48,802 bases of DNA from an uncultured Erysipelotrichaceae bacterium (GCA_902793515.1 CADBDO010000001.1:1-48802); one strand, 5' to 3'; numbered from the stretch's first letter, positions 8,996-18,356 are shown. The notes: generated from the sequence alone by a model not told the origin. Numbers and translations: made by a program.

Positions 8996-10543
8996 TTAGA
9001 AGGTCTTTTCGCACAAAATATCTAAACTGCGCCTTCCCCTGAACTCATTTATCCTAAAGGCGCATAAAAGATCTACTTTGCTTTCTAAGTCAAAGGAATC
9101 CTCATTGATTCCGAATGAAAACAACCTTACATCAGGGGCAAGTTTAACGGATAAGTATCTGCCTTCTTTAATGTATGTGAACGTTTTTGGGTCTAAATCT
9201 TTTAGTAGAAATTTAGGAGATTCCCAGTTAAAACCAAACGGACCGAAAGTTTCGATTAATCGGTAACTTTGCATATTGCATTCGCTTAAAAGCAATGGAA
9301 TGCCGTTTTGTTTCTTTGGAGAGAGTTTATTCTTCAAGGCCGAGAAGAGCATATCCTTCTTAAAGGCTTCGAAATCTTTCTTGTTGATGCTGACCCCTGC
9401 CGCAAACGGATGACCTCCTTTGCTGAGCAAAGGAACACTAACATCATCCAATGCTTTAACGACATCAAAGCCTTCTTCGCTTCTTAAAGAGCCAACAAGA
9501 ACGTCTGGGTTCTTATTCATTTCTGAGAAAACGCAGACAGGCTTTCGATACATGGCCAAGAGTTTAGAGGCGAGTAGACCATTAAGACCTTCAGGCATAT
9601 CTGCCTTCACGATGATGGCGCTGTCGCTCTCATTGATCTCGATTGTTTCCTCTGCTTCTTTAGTGACTTCTTTTCTTCTTTCGTTCACGTCATTCAAATA
9701 GCGCGCGAGCGCGACTCTGTCCGTGTTGTCGTTGGCAAAGTAATGAAGGAGCCTATTGACCTCCGTTCCTTTTTCTAACCTACCCACCGCATTGATCTTT
9801 GGACAGATTTCCATTTGGAAGGTTGAGACGTCGAAGCGACGCTTATCTGTGAGCAAGGTCAAAACTTCTGGCGGCTCTTTGTTGATGATATCCAACATGA
9901 GTCTCACGAGTTCACGGTTATGGCCTTTGATTGGCATCATGTCGCTAATCGTCGAGATCGCGCCAAGGACGAGAAGGTAATTATCGACCTTTCCTAAAAG
10001 AGCGACGCTAAACAAGAACGAAAGATATCCAGCACTGATTGGGTATTCTCCATAGGAGAGGGTCTCAGGATGGATGACGATATCGCATTCCGGCTTCACG
10101 CCATCGAATTCATGATGATCTAGGATGACGACGTCGACGCCAAGCTCTTTGGCACATTTAAGGGCGTCATGGGCCGTAACGCCATTATCGCAAGTGAAGA
10201 TAAAGGAGAATCCTTTGGCGGCGATCTTCCTGACGTTCTCAACGGTCAATCCATAACCGTCGAGATATCTTGATGGGAGATAGCCACTGGCATCGATTCC
10301 GAATTCCTTGAAGGATCTAAGCAGAATCGAAGCGCTGCAAACGCCATCGGCGTCGTAATCGCCATATATAAGGACTTTCTCGTGAGAGTCACGGGCTTTA
10401 ACCAAACGCTCAATAGCCTTTTTGACAATCGGATGATCGCCAATCAAAGGGATTGAACGAAAAGAAGGAGGAAGTATGAGTCTCTCATACTCCTCCCTCG
10501 AAAGACTGTAGTAATTGAGCAAACGCTCGAGCAAGCCTTCCAT
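8996..10543 (-). CDS. recJ: Single-stranded-DNA-specific exonuclease RecJ (short form)
   Basis: DHH-family motifs LIYGDYDADGV, CDNG and ILDHHE. The start ATG overlaps the secDF TAA by 1 nt. Confidence 0.85.
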   Translation of the reverse strand: MEGLLERLLNYYSLSREEYERLILPPSFRSIPLIGDHPIVKKAIERLVKARDSHEKVLIYGDYDADGVCSASILLRSFKEFGIDASGYLPSRYLDGYGLTVENVRKIAAKGFSFIFTCDNGVTAHDALKCAKELGVDVVILDHHEFDGVKPECDIVIHPETLSYGEYPISAGYLSFLFSVALLGKVDNYLLVLGAISTISDMMPIKGHNRELVRLMLDIINKEPPEVLTLLTDKRRFDVSTFQMEICPKINAVGRLEKGTEVNRLLHYFANDNTDRVALARYLNDVNERRKEVTKEAEETIEINESDSAIIVKADMPEGLNGLLASKLLAMYRKPVCVFSEMNKNPDVLVGSLRSEEGFDVVKALDDVSVPLLSKGGHPFAAGVSINKKDFEAFKKDMLFSALKNKLSPKKQNGIPLLLSECNMQSYRLIETFGPFGFNWESPKFLLKDLDPKTFTYIKEGRYLSVKLAPDVRLFSFGINEDSFDLESKVDLLCAFRINEFRGRRSLDILCEKTF

Positions 10544-13281
10544 TAATCGTTGATGCCGATGAAGATGGCCTCTTCTGGTTCGCTGCCTTTGCGGCGGTTA
10601 TTCTTTTCGTTGGCGCGTCTTTCTTCCTGCGCTTTCTTGCGGCTAGCAGCAACGGAATCGCTAGCTCTCTTGATATAGACGCTAAGGAATTTGCTCGCTG
10701 GAACAAGGGTGAAGAGTGTCGCGGAGACCGCGAAGGCTAAGCCAAGGAGCGCACCGACGAAGATGACGGCGTATTCACGTGGTCCGACGACGGCAAGAGC
10801 TAAGCAAAGCGCAGCCATGATCGAGGAGAACACTATGATTTCAACAGCTTCTTCAGCATTCGCTTTGACAAGACAGTTGTTCTTGAACTCAAGGGCGCTC
10901 TTATCACGCTCACGGGAATCTTTGACGATTTCCTTCGCTCTGTTAAGAGTGAAGAGAGCGACGTATAAGGCGGCTAAGGCAGCCAAGGCGGCTCCGATGG
11001 AGGCAAGCGGGGTGACCGGAAGCCTGGTGAGCGCGAAGAATCCAACGGTCAAGACGCTTGAGCCAAGCGAGATGACGGAGGAAACGAAGGCACGGGCAAG
11101 ACCGAATCTGAAGATAAGGTAGACAAAGGCGATTGCAACACCAATGCCAATTCCAAGGTAGACGGTTCCAAGGTTTGGAGTGCCAGCCTGATAGAAGACG
11201 GTGTTGGCGCTAGCGTAAACGCTATTGTCGGCGGTGAAGGTATCAACGGCTTCTTTAACGGCCTGGTTGAGGCTGTTGAAGGTGGTTCCGTTAACGGTGA
11301 AGGTCTTAGAAGAGTCCTTCTCATCGAAGTAAACGCTGAGAGGGATTTCGAAATTGTAAACGGTGTAAGTGATCTCATCCTCGTTGAGATAGACCGATCT
11401 GGTCTCGAGGGTGATGTCTTCTTCGGCGGTGAGTTTTCCGATGCTCTCGTTATTGTATTCGATAAGAGAGAGGAAGTCGTCCATGACCTGCTGTTTGTCA
11501 GCGAGCTTCTTGGTGGAGAAGGATTCGCTGTTGATCCAGTATTCGACGTTGATCGAGGTTGTGTTGTCGTAGGCACCGCTGTAGTTGAAGGCACCGATGG
11601 TCGCACTCATGATGGAGACACCGGCGATAGCGGCGACAAGAAGAGCAAGAGCGCCGATCATGAATGGCTTCTTGTGCTTCTCAAAATCTTTGTTGGCGAG
11701 AGCGCCATAGTAAGACTGCTTCTCATCTTTTAAGGCATTTGGAACCTTGGCTGGGTCAACACCAAAGAAGGCTTTGAGATGCTTTTCGCTGTCTTGGTCG
11801 TTAGCAAGTAACCAGCCTTCGATGCGAAGAAGGATAAGGTTAAGGACTAAGCCAAAGGCGGCAGTTAAGGTAAGGGCAAGACCAAGATTTCCGATGGTTG
11901 AATGGACGAAGCCATAGAGGCAGACGCCGATAACGATGGAAATGATGGAGATATCAAGAGTTGGCCAGAGGGCTTTCTTGGAAGCTTCCTGGTGGGCTTT
12001 CTTGAGGGTGCGTCCTTCATATAGCTGCTGTTTGACTTTGTGGAAGTAATAGATTCCGCCAAAAGCAGTGACGATCGCGCCAAGACCGAAACCGGCAAGG
12101 GCGCCGATACCGAACTGAGCGCTGAAGTAAGCAAATAAGAGGATAGCGCCTTCAACCGCAACAGCAGCATTGCCAAGGATGGCAACGGCACCGAGGCGAT
12201 AGAAGACAGAGATGATGACGATTCCGATGACCAAGGCGACAAGGGAAGCGATGGCGCTTGGACCGAAGTTGATGGCGAGATGCCAATCACCTGCGCTGGT
12301 GAGTGGGTCAACGCCTGCGGTCACGACGCTCGAATAAGCGAAGGTGACATCGTAGTTGTATTCTTTGGCGTTAAGGATATCGCGGTAGAACTTAGCGGCT
12401 TTGTAAGCAGCGTTAGCTTTGCTTGGATCGTAGCTGCCATCTTTGATAGCGGCGCTAGATGGGATGAGCTGAAGCTTCTTGTAGTTGTTGTCAGAATCGG
12501 CGGTATCGACATACCAAGCATTGGTGGCATCTTCACCGAAGAGAAGACGGGAAGCCATGTTTGGAGTGTAGTCTTCGGTGCCTTTGTTCTGAACGGCAGC
12601 GTAGCTATCGGCCTCTTGTTTGTGGTGCCAGAGGACTAAGAGGCAGGACTTACCTGGGGTGGTAACGTTGCCTTCGTCATCTTTTTCCTCTTGGACGGTA
12701 TGCTCGGTGCAGAACTTGATGAGCTCATTGAGCTTTCCGTTCTCACCCTGGAAGGTTTCTTTGATCGGAACGGTGACGACTGGGACGGTATTGACGTAAG
12801 TGATCTCAGCGTTGGTTCCTTCTTCGAATAAGCCGTTGTCAGCGAAATCGACGCTGTTTGGAGCTTCGGTCATGGCGTCTTCGTCGGTGGTGCCGGCTTC
12901 GACGGTGACGTGCTGTCCACTATAGGCTAAATAAGTCTGAAGATAGTTATACTCGACTTCGTCGCTGCCTTGGGTACGGACAGAAACCTTGATGGTGCTG
13001 TAACCTTCTTTGGCAACGGTCGCGTTGATATCCCAGAACTCGAGACGATCCTCGATTTCCTTGGCGACTTCGTTGACAGCGTAGTAGTTATCATCTTCGA
13101 CATAGGTGTCGGTGCTGACACCTTCGTAGGTACTACCCTTGTCTGAAATACGGAAATATAAATCCTTGCCGCTTCCATAGGAAACGTCAGTATCCATTTT
13201 GCTCAAAGACGAGGTGATGGTCGCACCAACACCAAGGAGCAAAGAGGCGCCAAGGAACAAATAGGCTAATGTTCTCCGCAT
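10543..13281 (-). CDS. secDF: Fused protein-export membrane protein SecDF
   Basis: About 912 aa with an N-terminal TM, a large ectodomain, two 6-TM blocks and a basic C-terminal tail. Start MRRTLAY at 13281 is preceded by TGGAGG; the upstream extension begins with TTG. Confidence 0.85.
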   Translation of the reverse strand: MRRTLAYLFLGASLLLGVGATITSSLSKMDTDVSYGSGKDLYFRISDKGSTYEGVSTDTYVEDDNYYAVNEVAKEIEDRLEFWDINATVAKEGYSTIKVSVRTQGSDEVEYNYLQTYLAYSGQHVTVEAGTTDEDAMTEAPNSVDFADNGLFEEGTNAEITYVNTVPVVTVPIKETFQGENGKLNELIKFCTEHTVQEEKDDEGNVTTPGKSCLLVLWHHKQEADSYAAVQNKGTEDYTPNMASRLLFGEDATNAWYVDTADSDNNYKKLQLIPSSAAIKDGSYDPSKANAAYKAAKFYRDILNAKEYNYDVTFAYSSVVTAGVDPLTSAGDWHLAINFGPSAIASLVALVIGIVIISVFYRLGAVAILGNAAVAVEGAILLFAYFSAQFGIGALAGFGLGAIVTAFGGIYYFHKVKQQLYEGRTLKKAHQEASKKALWPTLDISIISIVIGVCLYGFVHSTIGNLGLALTLTAAFGLVLNLILLRIEGWLLANDQDSEKHLKAFFGVDPAKVPNALKDEKQSYYGALANKDFEKHKKPFMIGALALLVAAIAGVSIMSATIGAFNYSGAYDNTTSINVEYWINSESFSTKKLADKQQVMDDFLSLIEYNNESIGKLTAEEDITLETRSVYLNEDEITYTVYNFEIPLSVYFDEKDSSKTFTVNGTTFNSLNQAVKEAVDTFTADNSVYASANTVFYQAGTPNLGTVYLGIGIGVAIAFVYLIFRFGLARAFVSSVISLGSSVLTVGFFALTRLPVTPLASIGAALAALAALYVALFTLNRAKEIVKDSRERDKSALEFKNNCLVKANAEEAVEIIVFSSIMAALCLALAVVGPREYAVIFVGALLGLAFAVSATLFTLVPASKFLSVYIKRASDSVAASRKKAQEERRANEKNNRRKGSEPEEAIFIGIND

Positions 13282-13396
13282 AATAATCCTCCAACCAATT
13301 GCACTGCACAAAAAATGTGTTTAGCAAGCGTTTATAAGTCTACCCCATACGCGAGCGTACGCACAAGAGAAAAAGACACTTTTAGGCCAAATAGCG

Positions 13397-14425
13397 TTAA
13401 AAGAGTGACCAATCATGGGTAATTTTCAGGTGATCGTAGGCCTTGGCGGTCGCTTCGCGGCCGCGAGGTGTTCTATTGATGAGGCCAATCATCAAAAGAT
13501 ATGGCTCATAAACGTCTTCCAAATTAGTGACTTCTTCGCCGATCGATGAGGCGATGCTCTCTAAGCCAACCGGGCCTCCATTGAAACGCTCAATGATGGC
13601 TTTGAGATACTTGATGTCGACATCGTCGAGACCAAGGTCGTCGATCTTGAGAGCCTCAAGCGCTCTGTTAGCGAGATCGACATCGATTCTGTTAAGACCT
13701 TCAAAAGAGGCGAAGTCACGGACTCTCTTGAAGATACGGTTTGCGATACGTGGAGTTCCGCGGCTTCTTTTGGCCAAGAGCTCCACTGCTTTTTTATCGA
13801 TCGGCATTCCGAGAACCTTTGCGGTTCTTTCGATGATTTTGCCAATCTCTTCTTCATTATAGAAATCAATCTTTGCGCTGATTCCGAATCTGGCGCGGAG
13901 AGGTGAGGACAAATCGCCGGCGCGTGTGGTTGCGCCTACAAGCGTGAACGGAGGCAAAGCCATGTTGAGGGACTTCGCGGCGCCGTCTCTGTTGATCATG
14001 ATGGAAAGCTGGAAATCTTCCATCGCACCATAAAGGACTTCTTCGACTTGCCTTGGAAGCCTATGGATCTCATCGATGAAAAGAATATCGCCTGGCTCAA
14101 GGTCGCATAAAATGGCGGCTAAATCTCCGCTTTTCTCAACCGATGGGCCATTGACGACACGGATGTTGCCACCCATTTCGTTGGCAATGACATAAGCCAA
14201 GGTGGTTTTGCCTAAGCCTGGCGGGCCATAAAGCAAAACGTGGTCGAGGCATTCTTCTCTTTTCTTCGCAGCGCCGATAAAGACGCTGAGGTTTTTTTTG
14301 AGGGCGTCCTGACCAACGTATTCTTTGAGGTCCTTTGGACGCAAAGTGATGTCGGTCGCGTTGTCGCCGCTTTCTCTTCTTGCGTCAAGAAGGCGCTCGG
14401 ATTCTTGCTTTTCGCTCTTTCTCAT
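13397..14425 (-). CDS. ruvB: Holliday junction branch migration ATPase RuvB
   Basis: Walker [16 protein letters not shown] and the sensor region. It starts 2 nt after the ruvA stop. Confidence 0.95.
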   Translation of the reverse strand: MRKSEKQESERLLDARRESGDNATDITLRPKDLKEYVGQDALKKNLSVFIGAAKKREECLDHVLLYGPPGLGKTTLAYVIANEMGGNIRVVNGPSVEKSGDLAAILCDLEPGDILFIDEIHRLPRQVEEVLYGAMEDFQLSIMINRDGAAKSLNMALPPFTLVGATTRAGDLSSPLRARFGISAKIDFYNEEEIGKIIERTAKVLGMPIDKKAVELLAKRSRGTPRIANRIFKRVRDFASFEGLNRIDVDLANRALEALKIDDLGLDDVDIKYLKAIIERFNGGPVGLESIASSIGEEVTNLEDVYEPYLLMIGLINRTPRGREATAKAYDHLKITHDWSLF

Positions 14426-14427
14426 AA

Positions 14428-14991
14428 TTATTTGAGTTTCTTGAGGGCTTTGCGGAGGACCTCTTCGTTAGAGAGTCCTGGCTCATTGATCGAGGCAAGC
14501 GCATCGTCGATGGCTTTGACTTTGAAACCAAGGGCTTTGAGTCCTTCCCTCACTTCATCATATTGATTTGGATTGGCTTTGGAACCACCGCCCATATCGG
14601 CGAGCCTGCCTTTGAGATCAAGGATGATCTGGGCTGCGGCTTTTGGTCCTATTCCAGGGAGTTTTTTAAGGAATGTAGTGTTGTTGGCGGCGATGGCTTT
14701 CATGAGGTCATTAGGGTTGGTCGCGCCTGAAGCAACGATCGCGGTCTTAGGTCCGATGCCTTTGACTTCGATAAGGGATTCGAAAGCCTCTTTCTCTAAT
14801 TTGTCTTTGAACCCGACGAGGTAATGATCGTTCTCATTGAAGACCTCGTGGACATAAACGGTCGCTTCCTCTTCGTAAGCAAAATCAGAGGTACGGGCAA
14901 CCAAAAGCTCGTAGGCGATGCCGCTAGGCAAAGCGATGGCGACGCTTTCTTTGTCGATATTGACGATTTTTCCAGTGAATGAGTAATACAT
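14428..14991 (-). CDS. ruvA: Holliday junction DNA helicase RuvA
   Basis: N-terminal OB domain and two HhH motifs ([18 protein letters not shown]). There is no SD; the ATG lies 2 nt after the stop of the 31-codon ORF. Confidence 0.9.
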   Translation of the reverse strand: MYYSFTGKIVNIDKESVAIALPSGIAYELLVARTSDFAYEEEATVYVHEVFNENDHYLVGFKDKLEKEAFESLIEVKGIGPKTAIVASGATNPNDLMKAIAANNTTFLKKLPGIGPKAAAQIILDLKGRLADMGGGSKANPNQYDEVREGLKALGFKVKAIDDALASINEPGLSNEEVLRKALKKLK

Positions 14992-14993
14992 TT

Positions 14994-15089
14994 CTAGTGG
15001 TAAATTGCGATGAATAGTAAGAAAAGGAGAAAGCAGACAGCGACCGCCACTAAAGCGAGTATCGGAATCAGCAATTTATTTTCTTTCAT
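14994..15089 (-). CDS. Unannotated 31-aa hydrophobic peptide ORF immediately upstream of ruvA
   Basis: My translation is MKENKLLIPILALVAVAVCFLLFLLFIAIYH*. It is below the ORF-track size cutoff. TATAAT lies 6 nt upstream of its ATG, and its TAG stop is 2 nt from the ruvA ATG. Confidence 0.45.
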   Translation of the reverse strand: MKENKLLIPILALVAVAVCFLLFLLFIAIYH

Positions 15090-15101
15090 CGATTAATTAT
15101 A
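15087..15101 (-). promoter_or_regulatory. Candidate leaderless promoter: TATAAT-N6-ATG (31-aa ORF / ruvAB)
   Basis: Minus strand reads CTGTATAATTAATCGATG, with the -10 box at 15096..15101. Confidence 0.45.
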
Positions 15102-15126
15102 CAGGAAATTCGTGTGACTTGATATA

Positions 15127-16401
15127 TCAAGTCGTGTAATCGAAGACGAAATCGTTGATCTGGACTTTATCGCCATCCTGAGCGCCGACTTCCTCGAGTC
15201 TTTGCTCGATGCCAATGTTATCAAGATAACGGATAAGGCGGACGATGCCTTCGTCGGTTGTCGTATTGATGAGGGCGGCGTCGCGTTCGACTTTCTCGCC
15301 TTTGATGATCCAGCCGTTTTCGCCATGGAGGATCTGATAATCGGATTTTCCTTCGATCTCACGGGCATCATAGACCTTCATCTTGGTGGTCTCGTTGACG
15401 CCTTTGATTGGGAATTCCGGAGTGGCTTCGATGAGTTCGATGGCTTTCTTAAGAAGCTTATCGACGCCTTCATGGGTAAGGCTTGATAAAGCGATGGATT
15501 CGAATCCGAGTTTCTTGTCGAATTCTTTCTTGAGGTCTTCCGCCCCTTCCATATCCATCATGGAAGCGACGACGATCTGAGGGCGCTGTTCTAAGAAAGC
15601 GTTGTAGGCTTTGAGCTCTTCGTTGATGGCAAGGTAATCCTGATATGGATCTCTTTCGCCGGACATGGAAACGAGATGGATGAGAATCCTTGTTCTTTCG
15701 ATGTGGCGTAAGAATTGGATGCCTAAACCCTTGCCTTCGTGAGCGCCTTTGATAAGGCCAGGCATATCGGCAAGGACGAAGCTTCTGCCATCTTTGAGGT
15801 AGCAAACACCAAGGTTTGGAACCAAGGTGGTGAATGGATAATCCGCTGTTGGAACGTTGGCTTTGCTGACGACGTTGAGGAAAGTCGATTTGCCAACGCT
15901 TGGGAAACCGATCAAACCGGCATCGGCCAAAAGCTTCAGTTCGAGGATGAGTCTCTTCTTTTCGCCTGGGTGTCCGTTTTCGGCGATACGTGGGATTCTA
16001 TGACGGGATGATTTGAAGCAAGCGTTGCCTCTTCCGCCACGTCCGCCTTTGGCGACAAGGACCTTCTGACCCTCTTCTTTGATATCAGCCAAAACACGTC
16101 CGGTGGACTCTTCGGTGACGATGGTGCCGACTGGGACCTCAATGGTGATGTCCTCAGCGTTATGGCCATACCTCATCGTCTTCATTCCTTTTTCACCGTC
16201 TTGAGCGATGAACGTTCTGGAATGACGGAAATTGTAAAGGTTGTTTAAGTTAGCTTTCCCAAGGAAATAGATGGAGCCACCACGGCCGCCATTGCCTCCG
16301 TCTGGGCCACCTTTTGCGGTGTTTTTGTCACGAAGAAAAGAGATGCAGCCATCGCCGCCTTTTCCGCTTCTGACTTCGATTACGCAACGGTCGATAAGCA
16401 T
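15127..16401 (-). CDS. obg: GTPase Obg/CgtA
   Basis: Gly-rich Obg fold (GKGGDGCISFLR..GGPDGGNGGRGG), G domain (GFPSVGKST, DMPGLI) and a C-terminal OCT domain. The stop codon is TGA. Confidence 0.95.
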   Translation of the reverse strand: MLIDRCVIEVRSGKGGDGCISFLRDKNTAKGGPDGGNGGRGGSIYFLGKANLNNLYNFRHSRTFIAQDGEKGMKTMRYGHNAEDITIEVPVGTIVTEESTGRVLADIKEEGQKVLVAKGGRGGRGNACFKSSRHRIPRIAENGHPGEKKRLILELKLLADAGLIGFPSVGKSTFLNVVSKANVPTADYPFTTLVPNLGVCYLKDGRSFVLADMPGLIKGAHEGKGLGIQFLRHIERTRILIHLVSMSGERDPYQDYLAINEELKAYNAFLEQRPQIVVASMMDMEGAEDLKKEFDKKLGFESIALSSLTHEGVDKLLKKAIELIEATPEFPIKGVNETTKMKVYDAREIEGKSDYQILHGENGWIIKGEKVERDAALINTTTDEGIVRLIRYLDNIGIEQRLEEVGAQDGDKVQINDFVFDYTT

Positions 16402-16402
16402 A

Positions 16403-17164
16403 TTAGGCCTCTTTTCTCTTTAAAGATTCCTTTTCCTCTTCGGAAAGGATGTAGTTCTTCTTATTCTTTTTGATGCGTTTCATGTCACCGATGAAGTTCA
16501 TCGATGTTTTGGCGGCTTTCTCAATCGTCGATTTCTCGCCATCGTTCCATTCACAAGGAACTTCCTGAATGTCGAAACCATTCAAATGGCAGAAATAGAG
16601 ATATTCGACATCGAAGGCAAAGCCATCGATGATCTGGTGTTTCGCTAAAGCCTTCGCGAGATCTTTCCTGAAGAGCTTGAAACCGCACTGGGTCTCGGAG
16701 TAGCCAAGGTGGAAACGCATTCTGATAAGGATGCGGCTGACCCAGCTGACAAAGCGTCTCTTAAGGGTCTGTTTGACAAGGATCTTCGCGCCTTTGCAAC
16801 GTCTAGAAGCGATGAATCCATCGTGCTTTTCGATGACAGGAAGGATTCTTTCCATGATATGGAGGTCGGTCGCGAAATCGGCGTCCATGAACATGACGTA
16901 ATCGCCATCGGCCTCAAGGAAGCCGTGTTTGACGTTGTGGCCTTTGCCGAGTTTGTCTTCGTAAGGAAGAACCTTCACATGGTGATCGAATTTGGTGATC
17001 CAAACCTCAGCGAGGCTGATGTTCTTCTCGTCACTCCCATCGATGACAACCAAAAACTCGTAATCGATGCCTAAGGAATCGAAGTACGGGACGCCTACTT
17101 TCTGAATGTTTGAGAAACAGGTTTCAGATTGGTTTTTGCATGGGATGACGATACTGAGTTTCAT
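16403..17164 (-). CDS. Family-2 glycosyltransferase, polyprenol-phosphate sugar synthase (Dpm1/GtrB)-like, soluble form
   Basis: SIVIPCKN, a DxD motif (FMDADFA) and QCGFKLF, typical of Dpm1-like GT2 enzymes. No C-terminal TM. obg starts 2 nt after its stop. Confidence 0.7.
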   Translation of the reverse strand: MKLSIVIPCKNQSETCFSNIQKVGVPYFDSLGIDYEFLVVIDGSDEKNISLAEVWITKFDHHVKVLPYEDKLGKGHNVKHGFLEADGDYVMFMDADFATDLHIMERILPVIEKHDGFIASRRCKGAKILVKQTLKRRFVSWVSRILIRMRFHLGYSETQCGFKLFRKDLAKALAKHQIIDGFAFDVEYLYFCHLNGFDIQEVPCEWNDGEKSTIEKAAKTSMNFIGDMKRIKKNKKNYILSEEEKESLKRKEA

Positions 17165-17179
17165 TGTTTTACTATTATA
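17162..17179 (-). promoter_or_regulatory. Candidate near-leaderless promoter: TATAAT-N9-ATG (GT2-obg)
   Basis: Minus strand reads TCGTATAATAGTAAAACAATG. There is no SD, and it lies just downstream of the rpmA terminator. Confidence 0.45.
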
Positions 17180-17197
17180 CGATTTTTTTGTTTTATT

Positions 17198-17230
17198 GAA
17201 ACAAAAACGGGCCTTATGGAAAGACCCGTT
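17198..17230 (-). terminator. Rho-independent terminator after rpmA
   Basis: AACGGG-UCUUUCCAUAAGG-CCCGUU followed by UUUGUUU. Confidence 0.6.
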
Positions 17231-17250
17231 AAAGTTCAGTGTTTGCCGAA

Positions 17251-17532
17251 TTAGTTGGCGTAGACGGAAACTCTCTTTCCCTTCTTGCCGACGCGTTCGA
17301 ACTTAACGGTGCCATCGATAAGGGCATAGATGGTGTCGTCGCCACCTTTGGCGGTGTTGATGCCAGGATGGATACGGGTTCCTCTTTGTCTATAGATGAT
17401 ATTGCCAGCAAGAACCTGCTGACCGTCACCGACCTTAGCGCCAAGTCTTCTGCCAGCGGAATCACGGCCGTTCTTGGTGCTCGAAACGCCTTTCTTGGAG
17501 GCGAATAATTGGAGATCAATGATGAATTTCAT
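17251..17532 (-). CDS. rpmA: 50S ribosomal protein L27 with an N-terminal propeptide
   Basis: [11 protein letters not shown]|[14 protein letters not shown]: a Firmicutes-type cleavable extension ahead of the conserved SKKG core. Confidence 0.95.
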   Translation of the reverse strand: MKFIIDLQLFASKKGVSSTKNGRDSAGRRLGAKVGDGQQVLAGNIIYRQRGTRIHPGINTAKGGDDTIYALIDGTVKFERVGKKGKRVSVYAN

Positions 17533-17846
17533 TCTTCCTTCTTCCTTTCTAGAGTCACGTGCTTCGGATAAGAAGCTGCGACATCTTTAATCTGGGACTC
17601 GATCGTTTCGTTCACGATCTGGTCGTGGATGCTTTGCTTGCCTTTGACAAGTAGCTCCACATTGCCTTCCTCTACTTTCGCCTCATAGATTGATGGGTCA
17701 TCGGTGTAGGCGTTGAGGCCTCCGACGACGATCGCACTGATGGCGGCACAGACTAAGTCCTCGCCATAGGGCGCGCTATTCGCGTGTCCTTTGACGGTTA
17801 AGGATTTGAGGTCTTTGTCACGATAGACGAACGTAGCTTTTATCAT
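17529..17846 (-). CDS. prp: Ribosomal-processing cysteine protease Prp (YsxB family)
   Basis: 105 aa lying between rplU and rpmA, with [14 protein letters not shown] carrying the candidate His/Cys dyad. Confidence 0.85.
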   Translation of the reverse strand: MIKATFVYRDKDLKSLTVKGHANSAPYGEDLVCAAISAIVVGGLNAYTDDPSIYEAKVEEGNVELLVKGKQSIHDQIVNETIESQIKDVAASYPKHVTLERKKEE

Positions 17847-18154
17847 TAGGCGTTGATGGATTTAACAACCAAACAAGTGAAAGGCTGACGGTGGCCGTGT
17901 TTACGGCGGACATTGGCCTTGCTCTTGTAGCGGTAGACGACGAGTTTCTTGCCTAAACCCTGCTTCTCGACTTTGGCAACAACGGAAGCGCCCTTAACGT
18001 AAGGATCGCCAACCTTGTTGGTTTCGCCGCCGATGAAGAGGACTTTGGAAAGGGTGACGTCTTTTCCGGCTTCGGCATCAAGTTTCTCGACGAAAATCTT
18101 ATCGCCGACTTCGACTTTGATCTGCTTACCACCAGTTTCAACAATGGCGTACAT
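17846..18154 (-). CDS. rplU: 50S ribosomal protein L21
   Basis: [18 protein letters not shown].. with SD AAGGAGG. Confidence 0.95.
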   Translation of the reverse strand: MYAIVETGGKQIKVEVGDKIFVEKLDAEAGKDVTLSKVLFIGGETNKVGDPYVKGASVVAKVEKQGLGKKLVVYRYKSKANVRRKHGHRQPFTCLVVKSINA

Positions 18155-18259
18155 GCTTGTTCCTCCTTATTAGCTTTTGACTCGCTCCGTGCGGTTAATC
18201 ACAAAGTGATTATTGGAGACCGTAGAAATGCGGTTGAGGCCCCTAGGGAGGGCGACAAC
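18155..18259 (-). ncRNA. Probable L21 ribosomal-protein leader (5' UTR of rplU-prp-rpmA)
   Basis: A structured leader of about 100 nt between the promoter and the SD. It has hairpin AAUCAC-UUU-GUGAUU, a GC-rich hairpin GCCC-UCCCUAG-GGGC, and duplicated AACCGCA and AUAAUCAC segments. The position matches the Firmicutes L21 leader. Not verified against a covariance model. Confidence 0.5.
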
Positions 18260-18265
18260 GTGATT

Positions 18266-18294
18266 ATCATACACGCACATATAGGAAAAGTGAA
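18266..18294 (-). promoter_or_regulatory. Promoter of the rplU operon: TTCACT-N17-TATGAT
   Basis: The -35 box is at 18289..18294 and the -10 box at 18266..18271 on the minus strand. Confidence 0.5.
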
Positions 18295-18356
18295 GAATTT
18301 TCGTACAATTGTAAAAAGATGTTTCTTTAGAAAAGCCTAAGGATGAATGATTGCTT

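Noticed and set aside
15127-15129. The possibility that TGA encodes Trp (Mycoplasma code 4)
   Set aside because: obg and rsmH terminate at TGA exactly where family length and the next gene's start predict. All long ORFs are intact under the standard code, so code 11 fits.
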